From contig CAVSDE010000008.1 of assembly GCA_963726695.1 (NCBI GenBank), positions 97,324 through 161,323 on the forward strand: a DNA stretch of 64,000 nucleotides, given 5' to 3'. Within the stretch, counting starts at the first letter, position 1, and every line of letters begins with the position of its first letter. The position numbers and the translations under genes were made by a program. This document shows positions 51,745 to 61,549 of this stretch, piece after piece. The DNA is from an uncultured Acidimicrobiales bacterium (GTDB taxonomy: Bacteria > Actinomycetota > Acidimicrobiia > Acidimicrobiales > DATKAS01). The notes beneath the pieces were generated by a model that was not told where the DNA came from, ran no database searches, and saw only the letters and a program-made list of their open reading frames with translations.

Positions 51745-52994
51745 GCGAGGGTCCGGAGCGCGGCTGCGAGCGACGTCGTCGTGCTCGGGCTCGACCGTGC
51801 GCAGGTCGCAGATCGTGGCGCCTTCGTGGACGCGAGCGATGATCGGGATGGGTCGCCGCTCGCGCAGCGCTGCCGACGTGGTCGCCGGCGGCCTCGACGC
51901 CGATCGACGGGATCTCCGTGCCCGGCAGCGATCCCGCCCCGGCCACGGCTTGGGTGTCGACCACCTTGCCGACGTCGAGGGCCTCGGCACGCGCACGCAG
52001 GTCGTCCACCGACAACGTCGCCATCCGCCAGAAGGGGATCGAGTCCCCGTCGCGGCGGAGGTAGGCGAGGGCCGTGTCTTGCAACACCGCGAGCGTCAGG
52101 CCGCCAGCGCGGAGCGCCCTCGCGAGGGGGTGGCGTGCACACGCGTCGATCACGTCGTGTCGCCCCGCGATGATGCCCGCCTGCGGTCCTCCGAAGAGCT
52201 TGTCGCCGGAGAACGTCACCGCGGCGGCGCCGGCTTCGAGCGTCTGGCGCGCAGCCCGCTCGCCCCTCAGCCACGAAGGAGGGCCACCCTTCAGCCAGGG
52301 GCAGCCGGCGTCGAGGAGGCCCGAGCCGATGTCGACGACGAGAGGGACGTCGACGCGCGGCGAGCTGGTCGACCTCGACGCCCTCCGTGAAGCCTTCGAT
52401 GCGGTAGTTCGAGGGATGGACCTTGAGCACGAGCGCGACGTCGGTGTCGACGCGCGCGATCGCTCGCTCGTAGTCGGAGATGCGGGTGCGGTTGGTCGTG
52501 CCCACATCGACGAGTCGCGCCCCCGACTCGGCCATCACCTCGGGAACGCGAAAGCCTCCCCCGATCTCGACGGCTTCGCCCCGCGACACCAGCACATCAC
52601 GGCCGCGAGCCAACGCCGCGAGCACCAACAGCACCGCGGACGCGCCGTTGTTCACGATCATCGCTGCCTCGGCGCCGCACGCTCGGGCGATGAGGCTCGC
52701 CGCGTGCGCGTGGCGAGATCCGCGGCGGCCCGACGCGAGATCGAGCTCGAGGTTCGAGTAGCCGGGCGACTGTTCCCATCCGATCGGGGCGCGTCCGAGG
52801 TTGGTGTGCAGCAGAACGCCCGTCGCGTTGATCACCGGCCGGAGAAGCGCGAGGGCAGTGGCCTCCGCCCTCGCGCGGGCCGAGTCGGGGTCCTCTGCCG
52901 CGACCGCGGCACGCGCGGCGTCGACGAGGAGCGGCTGAGGAAGGTCGATGTCAGCGATCGAGCGAGCCAGCGCATCGATCGAGGGCGGACGCAC
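51741..52994 (-). CDS. selA: L-seryl-tRNA(Sec) selenium transferase (frameshifts)
   Basis: PVINATGVLLHTNLGRA, YSNLELDL..G.RGSR, EIGGGFR, KVHPSNY, FSGDKLFGGPQAG, HPLARALR. Confidence 0.95.
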   Translation of the reverse strand: MRPPSIDALARSIADIDLPQPLLVDAARAAVAAEDPDSARARAEATALALLRPVINATGVLLHTNLGRAPIGWEQSPGYSNLELDLASGRRGSRHAHAASLIARACGAEAAMIVNNGASAVLLVLAALARGRDVLVSRGEAVEIGGGFRVPEVMAESGARLVDVGTTNRTRISDYERAIARVDTDVALVLKVHPSNYRIEGFTEGVEVDQLAARRRPSRRRHRLGPPRRRLPLAEGWPSFVAEGRAGCAPDARSRRRRGDVLRRQALRRTAGGHHRGATRRDRRVCTPPPREGAPRWRPDARGVARHGPRLPPPRRGLDPLLADGDVVGGRPACACRGPRRRQGGRHPSRGRGGIAAGHGDPVDRRRGRRRPRRQRCASGDPSRSSLASTKAPRSATCARSSPSTTTSLAAALRTLA

Positions 52995-53028
52995 ACGCCG
53001 AGCATAGGGATCAGGCCTCGCCGGTATC

Positions 53029-53505
53029 GTGGGTCGAGTGTTCGTCGTCCTGCTGATCGCCATCCCGATCATCGAGATCGCGGTCGCCATCTGGGTCGCC
53101 AGCGCGGTCGGATGGCTCAACACGATCGGGCTGCTGATCCTGCTCTCGATCATCGGCATCTGGGTCGTGAAGCGGCAAGGGCTCGGCATCATGACGACCC
53201 TCTCCGAGGGAGCACAACGTCGAGAGGTGCCCACGAAGAAGCTGGTTGATCGCTTCCTCATGGTGTTGGGCGGCGTGCTCCTCGTGATGCCCGGATTCGT
53301 GACCGCCGCGATCGGTCTGCTGCTCTTCCTGCCGCCGGTGCGCGCGCTGATCCGTGGGTTCGCGGGCAGGCGCGTGCAGACGACGATGGCGACGGGCCGA
53401 TGGACGTATGGCACTGTGCGGGACGTGACCTCACGAGAAGTGCGTGACGACCCTGCTTCGCCGACTTCTCCTCCGTCGTCACCGCCCGAGATCGAGAACT
53501 ACTGA
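53029..53505 (+). CDS. fxsA: FxsA family membrane protein
   Basis: IPIIEI, GGVLLVMPGFVT..GLLLFLPPVR. Confidence 0.88.
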   Translation: MGRVFVVLLIAIPIIEIAVAIWVASAVGWLNTIGLLILLSIIGIWVVKRQGLGIMTTLSEGAQRREVPTKKLVDRFLMVLGGVLLVMPGFVTAAIGLLLFLPPVRALIRGFAGRRVQTTMATGRWTYGTVRDVTSREVRDDPASPTSPPSSPPEIENY

Positions 53506-53506
53506 C

Positions 53507-54286
53507 GTGGTCGAGGTGCGCGACGCGGCAACGGTGATGCTCGTGCGCGACGGCGATGCCGGCATGGAAGTCCTCATGCTGATGCGCAACGTGAACTCTG
53601 CCTTCGTCGGAGGCGCGTACGTCTTCCCTGGCGGCGCCGTCGATCCGCACGACCGGCACGAGGACCTCGATCCGTACTGCATCGGCCGCAACGACGCCGA
53701 GGCAAGCGAGCGACTGGGAATCGAAAGCGGCGGGCTCGCCTTCTGGGTCGCGGCGGTTCGCGAGTGCTTCGAGGAAGCAGGCATCCTCCTCGCCTGCGAC
53801 GCAGAGGGAGACATGGTGCGCCTCGACGATCCGGCCATCGAGTCGCGGTTCGTGGAACACCGGCGCGCGATCGACACGAAGGAGCGGCGCCTGATCGAGG
53901 TGTGCGCGGAAGAGGACCTGAAGCTCGCCGTCGACCGCATCCACTACTTCAGCCACTGGATCACGCCAGAGGGCCCGCCGCGGCGCTACGACACCCGGTT
54001 CTTCGTCGCGCGCGCTCCCGACAAGCAGGTCGCGCTGCACGACGATCGCGAGACCGTCGCGAACACGTGGATCCGTCCGCAGGACGCCCTCGACTCACAC
54101 GGGCGTGGCGAGTTCGAGATCATCTTCCCCACGATCAAGAACCTCGCTGCGATCGCCCGGTTCGACGATGCGGACCAGCTGGTGGCCGCCGCGGCCACCG
54201 CGATCACGGTGCCGACGATGGTCCCCCGTGTCGTCGGGGAGGGCGAGCAGATGCGCATCCTGCTGCCGGGAGACCCCGGGTACTGA
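53507..54286 (+). CDS. NUDIX hydrolase (Nudt19-like)
   Basis: DAATVMLVRD, VFPGGAVD, AAVRECFEEAGILL, HWITPEG.PRRYDTRFF. Confidence 0.9.
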   Translation: MVEVRDAATVMLVRDGDAGMEVLMLMRNVNSAFVGGAYVFPGGAVDPHDRHEDLDPYCIGRNDAEASERLGIESGGLAFWVAAVRECFEEAGILLACDAEGDMVRLDDPAIESRFVEHRRAIDTKERRLIEVCAEEDLKLAVDRIHYFSHWITPEGPPRRYDTRFFVARAPDKQVALHDDRETVANTWIRPQDALDSHGRGEFEIIFPTIKNLAAIARFDDADQLVAAAATAITVPTMVPRVVGEGEQMRILLPGDPGY

Positions 54287-54289
54287 CCA

Positions 54290-54631
54290 TTGGATGACCC
54301 CGCCGTCGCGGCGTACGTCGACGCGATCCCCGTCGAGCATCGGCCGCTGTTCGATCGAGTGCAGGGCCTGATCTTCGCCGTCGCGCCCGACGCGACGGTG
54401 CGGATCTCGTACGGCATCCCGACGTACGAGCGGGGCGGTAAGCGCTTGTACGTCGGCGTGTGGAAGCACGGGCTGTCGATCTACGGATGGGGCCAAGGCG
54501 GCGACGGCGGGTTCGTCGAGCGGCATCCCGAGCTGAAGAAGAGCAAGGGCACGATCCAGCTGTCGGAGGCCGCGGCCGCATCGCTGCCAGACGACGAGCT
54601 GTTGTCGTTGGTGCGCGCCGCTCTGGGCTGA
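54290..54631 (+). CDS. DUF1801 / YdhG-like protein
   Basis: V.AYVDAIP, ISYGIPTY, KKSKGTIQL. Confidence 0.82.
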   Translation: MDDPAVAAYVDAIPVEHRPLFDRVQGLIFAVAPDATVRISYGIPTYERGGKRLYVGVWKHGLSIYGWGQGGDGGFVERHPELKKSKGTIQLSEAAAASLPDDELLSLVRAALG

Positions 54632-54657
54632 GCCGTCCTCCGGGGGAGCACGGGGAA

Positions 54658-54679
54658 TGTCACACCCCCTCTTTAGGGT
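54658..54679 (+). promoter_or_regulatory. PafBC / RecA-NDp-type DNA-damage promoter
   Basis: TGTCAC-N10-TAGGGT, the same geometry as the actinobacterial TGTCGG-N10-TANNNT motif. Confidence 0.6.
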
Positions 54680-54708
54680 GAGCGCACAGGCTTCGTAGCC
54701 CGCCTCGA

Positions 54709-55985
54709 GTGGCTTCCGTGACTGGTCGACGGTGGAGTCGGCAGTTGTCGAAGATCGTGAGCGCGCACGATGTGGCGTTGGCGGCTGGCGCGATGCGTTT
54801 CGTCGCGGCCCGGCTCGACCCTGCGCTCCTCGCCTCCGACGATTGTGAGCGGGCGTTGCGAGATGTCGCGGCGATCGAGGCGATGGCGGCGACGATGAAG
54901 TGTCTCCTTGCCGCGCGCTTGGTCGAGACCGATGCGTGCAAGGCCACGTCGGCGGCGTCGCCCGAGGCTCACGTGGCTGGGCTGGTCGGCGCCACGACCG
55001 CCGCTGTGCGCGGGCAGGTGGAGACCGCCGGCCGGCTCGCGGCACTCGCCGCGACGGCGCAAGCGGCGCGAGCGGGGCGGCTGTCGGCCGCGCAGACCCA
55101 GGCGATCGCACAGGCCGCGACCGCGAACCCGGCCGCGGAAGGCGAGCTGTTGCAGGCGGCGAGCCGCCTGTCGCTGGGGCAGCTCCGCGAGCGGTGTGCG
55201 AAGGTCATCGCCGACGCCGACCGGAACCCCGACGACACCCACAACCGGCTCCGCCGCTGTCGGCGGGGCCGCCGCTACTCGACGCCTGACGGGTTCCACC
55301 ATCTCCATCTGCAGTCGACCAGCGAAGACCTCGCCGAGATCGACGTCACGCTGAACGCCATCGTCGACGAGCTTTCGCAGCAGCGCGACGAGCCGGGAAG
55401 CGCGAACGGCGGGAGGCCTACCTCGCTGACGCCATCGTGGAGATGGCGCGGCGCGCTCGGGCCGGCGGCGGCGCTGGCAAGGCCTCGCCGACGTACACCG
55501 CGGTCATCCGTGCCGACCTCACCGCGCTCGTGCACGGACGAGTCGGTGCCGGCGAGGTCTGCGAGATCGCTGGCATCGGCCCGGTGCCGGTCGAGGTGGC
55601 GCGCACGTTGCTCGGCGAAGCCGTGCTGAAGCTCGTGCTCACGCACGGGGTCGATGTGCGCAACGTCACGAGCCTGGGTCGCGGTCCCACTGCTGCGCAG
55701 AAGGTCGCTCTGCTCTGGGAGCAACCGACGTGCTCGGTCGAGCGTTGCGGTCGTCGGGCGCGCCTCGAGGCCGACCACACGACTGGCGCGGAGTACGCGA
55801 CCACGAGGCACACCCGCCTCGATGAGCTCGACCGGTTATGCGATCAGCACCACGACAAGAAGACCTACGACGGATGGGGCCTCGTGCCCGGCACGGGCGT
55901 CCGACCGATGGTGCCGCCAGAGCATCCCCGACACCCGAAGCACCGCACTTCCCCTCCCACACGAACCAAAGGGAGACAGCCATGA
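54709..55985 (+). CDS. DUF222 (13E12-like) protein with C-terminal HNH domain (frameshift ~55400)
   Basis: AGRLSAAQ..AIA, ADAIVEMAR, CEIAGIGPVPV; HNH C...C...LEADH...LC..HH.KKT..GW. Confidence 0.85.
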
Positions 55986-56488
55986 GGACGTACAACGACG
56001 CGCACTTCGACGAGGACGACTGCTTCGACGAGGACGACGAGCTCGAGCCCGACATCAACGATCATCGGTTCCTCACGCCTGACGATGTCCGGGAGTGGAT
56101 GCGACGCGACTTCCTGATGTCGTGCAAGGCCTACAACGAGGTGTGGCTGCTCGATGGCAACGGCGCGTACGTGGGTTGCTGGACCAGTCGATCGGTGGTG
56201 AAGGTCCGCGACCTCGCGGCCGACCCCTCGAAGCTCGTCCACGCGACCAAGCTCGCCCTGGCCGAGGTCGCACATCCGCACTGGGTGGTGTTCGAGAACC
56301 GTGAGGGTGCGCGCGGCAACCCCCGACCGACCGAGGCTGATGTGCAGGCGTTCGTCACGCTGCGCGAAGTGCTCGCGCCAGACGCCACCGTCGTCGATGC
56401 GGTGATCCTCGGCGAGCGGAGGCTGTGGTCGTTGCACGAAAAGCTCATGCCAGGACAGCCCTATCCGCTGCGCGCGGGTGCTCGCTAG
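55982..56488 (+). CDS. Hypothetical protein, degenerate RadC/JAB-like fold
   Basis: EVWLLD...ALA..A..WVVFENREG..NPRPTEADV...L...VVDAVILG...WSL parallels RadC ILAHNHPSGDP.PS.AD...LDHIIIG...S. ATGA-coupled to the HNH gene. Confidence 0.55.
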   Translation: MRTYNDAHFDEDDCFDEDDELEPDINDHRFLTPDDVREWMRRDFLMSCKAYNEVWLLDGNGAYVGCWTSRSVVKVRDLAADPSKLVHATKLALAEVAHPHWVVFENREGARGNPRPTEADVQAFVTLREVLAPDATVVDAVILGERRLWSLHEKLMPGQPYPLRAGAR

Positions 56489-57706
56489 ACGGACGGCGCC
56501 GGCTCCTTGGGGCCGAGGGCCTTCTCGACCTGCTCGAGCAGGCGGGCGCTGCAGCCGGCCATCTGCACGGGAGGCACGGTGTGCTCGACGATGCGGCGGG
56601 CGATGGCGCGGAACGCCTCGGCGGCCGCGCCCTCGCCCCGCAGGGCGACCGGCTCACCAGAGTCGCCGCCCGCGGCGACGCTCGGCTCGAGGGGGATCTG
56701 GCCGAGCAGCTCGACACCGACCTCGTCGGCGAGGGTCTGGCCTCCGCCCGACCCGAACAGCTCGTAGGTCTCGCCGTGATCGCAGGTGAACGAGCTCATG
56801 TTCTCGACGACGCCGGCGACGCGCAGGAAGCTGCGACGCGCCATGTCGGCGGCGCGGATCGCGACCTTCTGTGCGCTCACGGCCGGGGTCGTGACGATGA
56901 TGAGGTCGGTGCGCGGCATCATGCGCGCCAGACCCATCTGCACGTCACCGGTGCCGGGAGGCATGTCGATGAGCAGGTAGTCGAGGTGACCCCACTGCAC
57001 GTCTCGCAGGAACTGCTCGACGGCCTTCGTCAACATGAGGCCACGCCACATCGAGCGCGGTGCCTTCGTCGTCGACGAGGTTGCCCGTCGACACGACCTT
57101 CACGAGCCCCTCGCCGATGCGGCGCTCGTTCGGCAGGATCTTCCCGGAGCCGTCCTCGGCGCGGACACCCTCGAGCCGTCCGGACATGCCAAGCATGCGC
57201 GGCACCGAGAACCCCCAGATGTCGGCGTCGAGCACACCGACGGTGAAGCCCATCGCAGCGATCGCGCTGGCGAGGTTGACCGTGACCGAGCTCTTGCCGA
57301 CGCCGCCCTTGCCCGACGCGATCGCCAGCACGCGGGTCGTCGCGGGGATCTGGGTGTCGGGGGCGTTTTCGCGGGCGTGCCAGCGCGCCTTGAGCATGAC
57401 CTCTGAGCGTTCCGCGCTCGTCATCTCGCCCCACTCGATGCGCACCTCGCGCACACCAGGGTGGGTCGCGATGCGGGTCTCGATGTCGGTCTTGATCTGT
57501 GCCCGCAGCGGGCATCCACCGATCGTGAGCTTCACCTCGATGGTCACGAGGGCGCCGTCACCGGCCGGATGCGGCTCGACGGTCACCGAGGGGATCATCC
57601 CGAGGTCGACGACGTTGCCGCCGAGCTCGGGGTCCATCACCCCGCGGAGCAGCCCGAAGATCTCTTCGACGGTGGGCTCGGAGGCGAACGAGGAGGACAT
57701 CACCAC
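56485..57706 (-). CDS. mrp: Mrp/NBP35 (ApbC) Fe-S carrier ATPase with N-terminal DUF59 (frameshift ~57050)
   Basis: DPELG.NVVDLG, GCPL, ASGKGGVGKS, DADIWGFS, DMPPGTGD, VENMS. Confidence 0.93.
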
Positions 57707-57742
57707 CGATTTTACCGGTGTTTGCCGTGTAATCTTGTAGGC

Positions 57743-58405
57743 GTGACCGACAGCCGGTTGCCGATCCTCAAGGCGCTCGGCGACAACACCCGCTACGCGA
57801 TCTACCTCGAGCTCGCGCGCTCGTCATGGCCGCTGTCGACTTCCGACATCGCGGAGTCGCTGGCGCTGCATCCGAACACTGTCCGTCCGCACCTCGAGCG
57901 CATGCGTGACGTCGGCCTGCTCGACGTGCGCACTGACGCCACGGGCGGCGTGGGCCGGCCCCAGCACCTGTATTCGCTGGCGAGCGATGCACCGTCGTTC
58001 GGGCTCGAGCCCCCGTCGTACCCCCTGCTGGCGCGGCTGCTCCTCGAGACCGCAGCGGCCGCCGGAGTGGGGCCTGATGAGGCGGCTGAGGTCGGCAGGG
58101 CGCAAGGCCGGGCCGACAGCGCCCGCGATGCCGATGCTCCCTCCTGCCTCGAGGCCCTCGTCCGCGAGCTCGACGTGCTGGGGTTCGATCCGGCGGTCGA
58201 CGGCAGCGAGGACGGCGAGATCGCGGTCATCGCGTTCGCCCATTGCCCCTTCCGCGAGCTGGCCGAGGCTCACCCCGAGCTGGTCTGCGCACTGCACCGG
58301 GGCATGGTCGAGGGCTTCGTCGAGCAGACCGGCGAAGCCACGGTCGACGACTTTCACACCCTCGCTCATCGAGAACCCTGTCAGGTCACCATCTCCAGTC
58401 GATAG
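57743..58405 (+). CDS. HTH regulator, SufR-like (Cys-containing sensor domain)
   Basis: LHPNTVRPHLE, GRPQHLY, HCPFRELAEAHPELVCALHRG...PC. Confidence 0.8.
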   Translation: MTDSRLPILKALGDNTRYAIYLELARSSWPLSTSDIAESLALHPNTVRPHLERMRDVGLLDVRTDATGGVGRPQHLYSLASDAPSFGLEPPSYPLLARLLLETAAAAGVGPDEAAEVGRAQGRADSARDADAPSCLEALVRELDVLGFDPAVDGSEDGEIAVIAFAHCPFRELAEAHPELVCALHRGMVEGFVEQTGEATVDDFHTLAHREPCQVTISSR

Positions 58406-58414
58406 GATTTCACT

Positions 58415-58735
58415 GTGATCACGCTCACTGATTCCGCCGCCAGCAAGGTCCGCGAGCTCATCGACGCCGAAGGCGACCCCTCGCTGGCCCTCCGGGTGGC
58501 GGTGCGTCCCGGTGGGTGCTCCGGCTTCTCCTACGAGATGTTCTTCGACTCCGATCTGGCGCAAGACGATCAGACGGTCGACTACTCGGGCGTGAAGGTG
58601 GTCGTCGACCCGTCCAGCGCACAGCTGCTCACGGGCGCGACGCTCGACTACAAGGACGGCCTGCAGCAAGCGGGTTTCTCGATCGACAACCCCAACGCCA
58701 CGAAGACGTGCGGGTGCGGTCAGTCGTTCAGCTGA
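58415..58735 (+). CDS. A-type Fe-S carrier (IscA/ErpA/HesB)
   Basis: LRVAVRPGGCSGFSY and NPNA.KTCGCGQSFS. Confidence 0.95.
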   Translation: MITLTDSAASKVRELIDAEGDPSLALRVAVRPGGCSGFSYEMFFDSDLAQDDQTVDYSGVKVVVDPSSAQLLTGATLDYKDGLQQAGFSIDNPNATKTCGCGQSFS

Positions 58736-59634
58736 CCAGCGCGTTCAGCGCCTCGTGCAGCTCGGTCTCGTCGAAGATGCTGTCGAGCCGCGTGTGGATC
58801 ACGCCGTCGGCACCCGCGAGGTAGAGCACGGGCTCGAACGACAAGCGGTAGTCGTGCACCGCCTGCGTGGTGTTCGCGAGCGACGAGTCGGTGTACACCT
58901 CGGCGTGCACCATCTGCACTCGGTCACCGAACTCTGACTCCTGTCCGAGGAGCACATCGAGCACCGGCCCACATGCAGCGGTCTGGCAGTAGGCGGGCGT
59001 CGCGACGAGAAACGCCACCGGCTTGCCTTGCTTCAGCGCGTCGGTGAGGGCGAGCTGGTGGAGGTCACAGGCTGGCTCACGCGTGCAGATCGGGTTCACG
59101 CCCTGCGCATCGGCAACGGTCGGCGTCGCGACCGGCACCATCTGGTCGCCCGGTTGGGGGATCGGCACGGCGGACGGTTCGACGATCGAGAACTTGGTGT
59201 TGACCTCGACGCCGTCGACCGTGGCCACGAGGCCGTAGGTGCCGACTTCGGTGATCTCGGTGATGAACGGGTAGTACGGCCGAGGCAGACCCTTGTCGTG
59301 GCGGTCGACGGTGAGGGGCGAGCCGATCGCACCCTTCTCCGAGACGAGCTGCCGCGGTGAGCTGCGGAGGGGTGTCGGTGAGGAGCAGCCCGTCGGCGTC
59401 GGCGAGGCCCACGGCGATGCGCTGCGGCTTGCCGACCGCGAGGATGCCGTCGACCGAGAACCGCACGAGCACACGATCGGGGCGATCAGCGCTGCCGGTG
59501 CCCGAGGGCGAGCTCCCACCCTCTGTGCTCGGCAGGCTGGAGGACCCGTCGTCAGAGCCGCACGCCGCCAGAACGATGCCCGCTCCGACTGCGCCCGCGG
59601 TGACGAGGAAGGTCCGCCGGGAGAGAGACGCCAC
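58728..59634 (-). CDS. Tat-exported lipoprotein with thioredoxin-like C-terminus (frameshift ~59360)
   Basis: SRRTFL plus LAAC lipobox; ICTREPAC; FLVATPAYCQTAACGP; EP.LYL. Confidence 0.75.
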
Positions 59635-59657
59635 GAGCCGAACCTATCCTCGACCTC

Positions 59658-61179
59658 GTGACCGTTGGGATCGCGCTGCGGGTCAACGGCGTGCCGGTCG
59701 ACGTGGTCGACGAGGGCGGGTCGTTGCTCGACCTGTTGCGCGAGCAGCTTCGGATCCGATCCGTGAAGGACGGGTGCAGCCCTCAGGGCCAGTGCGGGTG
59801 TTGCACGGTGCTGGTCGACGGCGCACCACGCGTCGCGTGCGTGACGCCCGTGGCACGGCTCGCCGGCCGCGACATCACCACGCTCGAGGGTCTCGACGCG
59901 GACGTGCGCCAGCGTTGGGTCGAGGCGTTCACCTCGACGGGCGCGAGCCAGTGCGGCTTCTGCACGCCCGGGATCATCGTGCGACTCGAGCGCGCTCGAT
60001 CGGCACGACGAGGCAAGCGTCAGCCGAGCGTTGCTCCCTCACCTGTGTCGGTGCACCGGATGGCGCACGATCCTCGAAGCCGCCGGCGGCGCGCCGAGCG
60101 GGGTCGAGCGGAACTGGGAGCGTGCCTCGCAACGGGCGACGCTCGAGGGCGGCGTGCACCAAAGGGTGGGGCCAGAGGTCGCAGCGGGCGCGGGTGGCTT
60201 CGCCGACGATGGCGCACCGGCAGGAGCCCTCGCCGCGGCACCGATGCCCGATGGCACCGGGTGGGCTGTCGGTGCGACCGTGCGGGCGGCGCGCTCTGCG
60301 TCGGGCAAGCGTCAGGGGCGTCGCACGACGGAGAGCCTTCGCTGGCCGATCGACTTGCCGGAAGGCAACTGGGCGCTCACGTTGCGCACGACGTGGGTCG
60401 AGCCCGCCTACCTCGAGACCGACGCGTCGTGGGCCCGACCCGGCGAGACGGGCGCCGATCCGCTGGCCAACGGCGGCGCGTTCGGCGGCAAGACCGCGTC
60501 GCCGGTCGCCGCGGCTGCCGTCGCGCTCGCGGCCGAGCAGGGCACCCCGACGCGCGCGCTCTGGTCGCGGGAGGACAGCGTGCGCTGGGGACCGAAACGA
60601 CCCCCGATCGCCGCAGGCATCCACGCCGACGGGTCGGGCGTCGTGCGAGTCGCACGCACGATCGGGATCGCAGACGCAATCCAGCGCGTCGCTCCAGCGC
60701 TCAGCGTCGAGGAGATCGACGTCGCGGGTCCCCCGACGTCGACCGCGCTCCGCGCCGCGGGATGGGCCGAGGCCGCGGTGCTCGTCGCCGGGCTGCGCGG
60801 TCTCGCCGATGTGCGGTCACCGTCAGGAGCAACCGCGCATGCCGACGTCGACGCGGACGGGACCATCCGAGTCCGCGTCGAGTGCGGGGAAGTGCTCGAT
60901 GCCGTCGTCTTGCGCAGCTACTGCATCGGGGCGGCGCACATGGCACTCGGCTGGGTCACGAGTGAAGGCATCGCCGTCGACGAGGCCGGCGAGGTCCACG
61001 ACCTCACGATCCGGTCCTTCGGCATCGTGCGGGCCGTCGACATGCCGCGCGTCGAGGTCGAGATCGTGCCGAGCGACGGGCCGCCGGTGAATGGATCCGA
61101 TGCGGTGTTCGCGGCAGTGGCGGCAGCCGTCTGGATCGCGCAAGGCTTCCCGCAGGACTGGCCGACGTCGCGGCGCTGA
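59658..61179 (+). CDS. 2Fe-2S domain fused to a reduced xanthine-dehydrogenase-like Mo-binding region (frameshift ~60000-60030)
   Basis: KDGCSPQGQCGCC, QCGFCTPG, HLCRCTGW, VEPAYLE, ANGGAFGGK, GAAHMALG. Confidence 0.8.
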
Positions 61180-61189
61180 AGGAGCAACC

Positions 61190-61540
61190 ATGAGCAAACC
61201 AGTGGGTCCGTACTCACCGATCGTGCGGGCTGGCGATTGGCTCGTCGTCTCGGGCCAGATCGGTGCGATCGAGGGCAAGCTCGTCGAGGGCGGCGTGTCC
61301 GAGCAGCTGCATCAGGTGCTCACGAACCTCCGCGGGTTGCTCGAAGGTGCCGGCACGTCGCTCGACAAGGTCGTCAAGTGCACGGTGTTCCTGACTGACA
61401 TGGACGACTTCGCCTCGATGAACGAGATCTACATGGGAGCGTTCGGTGATCACCGTCCGGCCCGGAGTGCGGTCGCCGTGAAGCAGCTCCCCCTCGGCGC
61501 ACTGATCGAGATCGAAGCCTGGGCCTACGTCGGAGCGTAG
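61190..61540 (+). CDS. ridA: RidA/YjgF enamine deaminase
   Basis: GPYS, SGQIG, FL.DM.DF..MN.IY, PARSAV...LPLGALIEIE. Confidence 0.93.
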   Translation: MSKPVGPYSPIVRAGDWLVVSGQIGAIEGKLVEGGVSEQLHQVLTNLRGLLEGAGTSLDKVVKCTVFLTDMDDFASMNEIYMGAFGDHRPARSAVAVKQLPLGALIEIEAWAYVGA

Positions 61541-61549
61541 GGTGACGCC

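Noticed and set aside
48550-51996. 1148-aa SelB mega-fusion
   Set aside because: Artefact of frameshifts joining the selA tail, selB and antisense hydrolase/whiB sequence.
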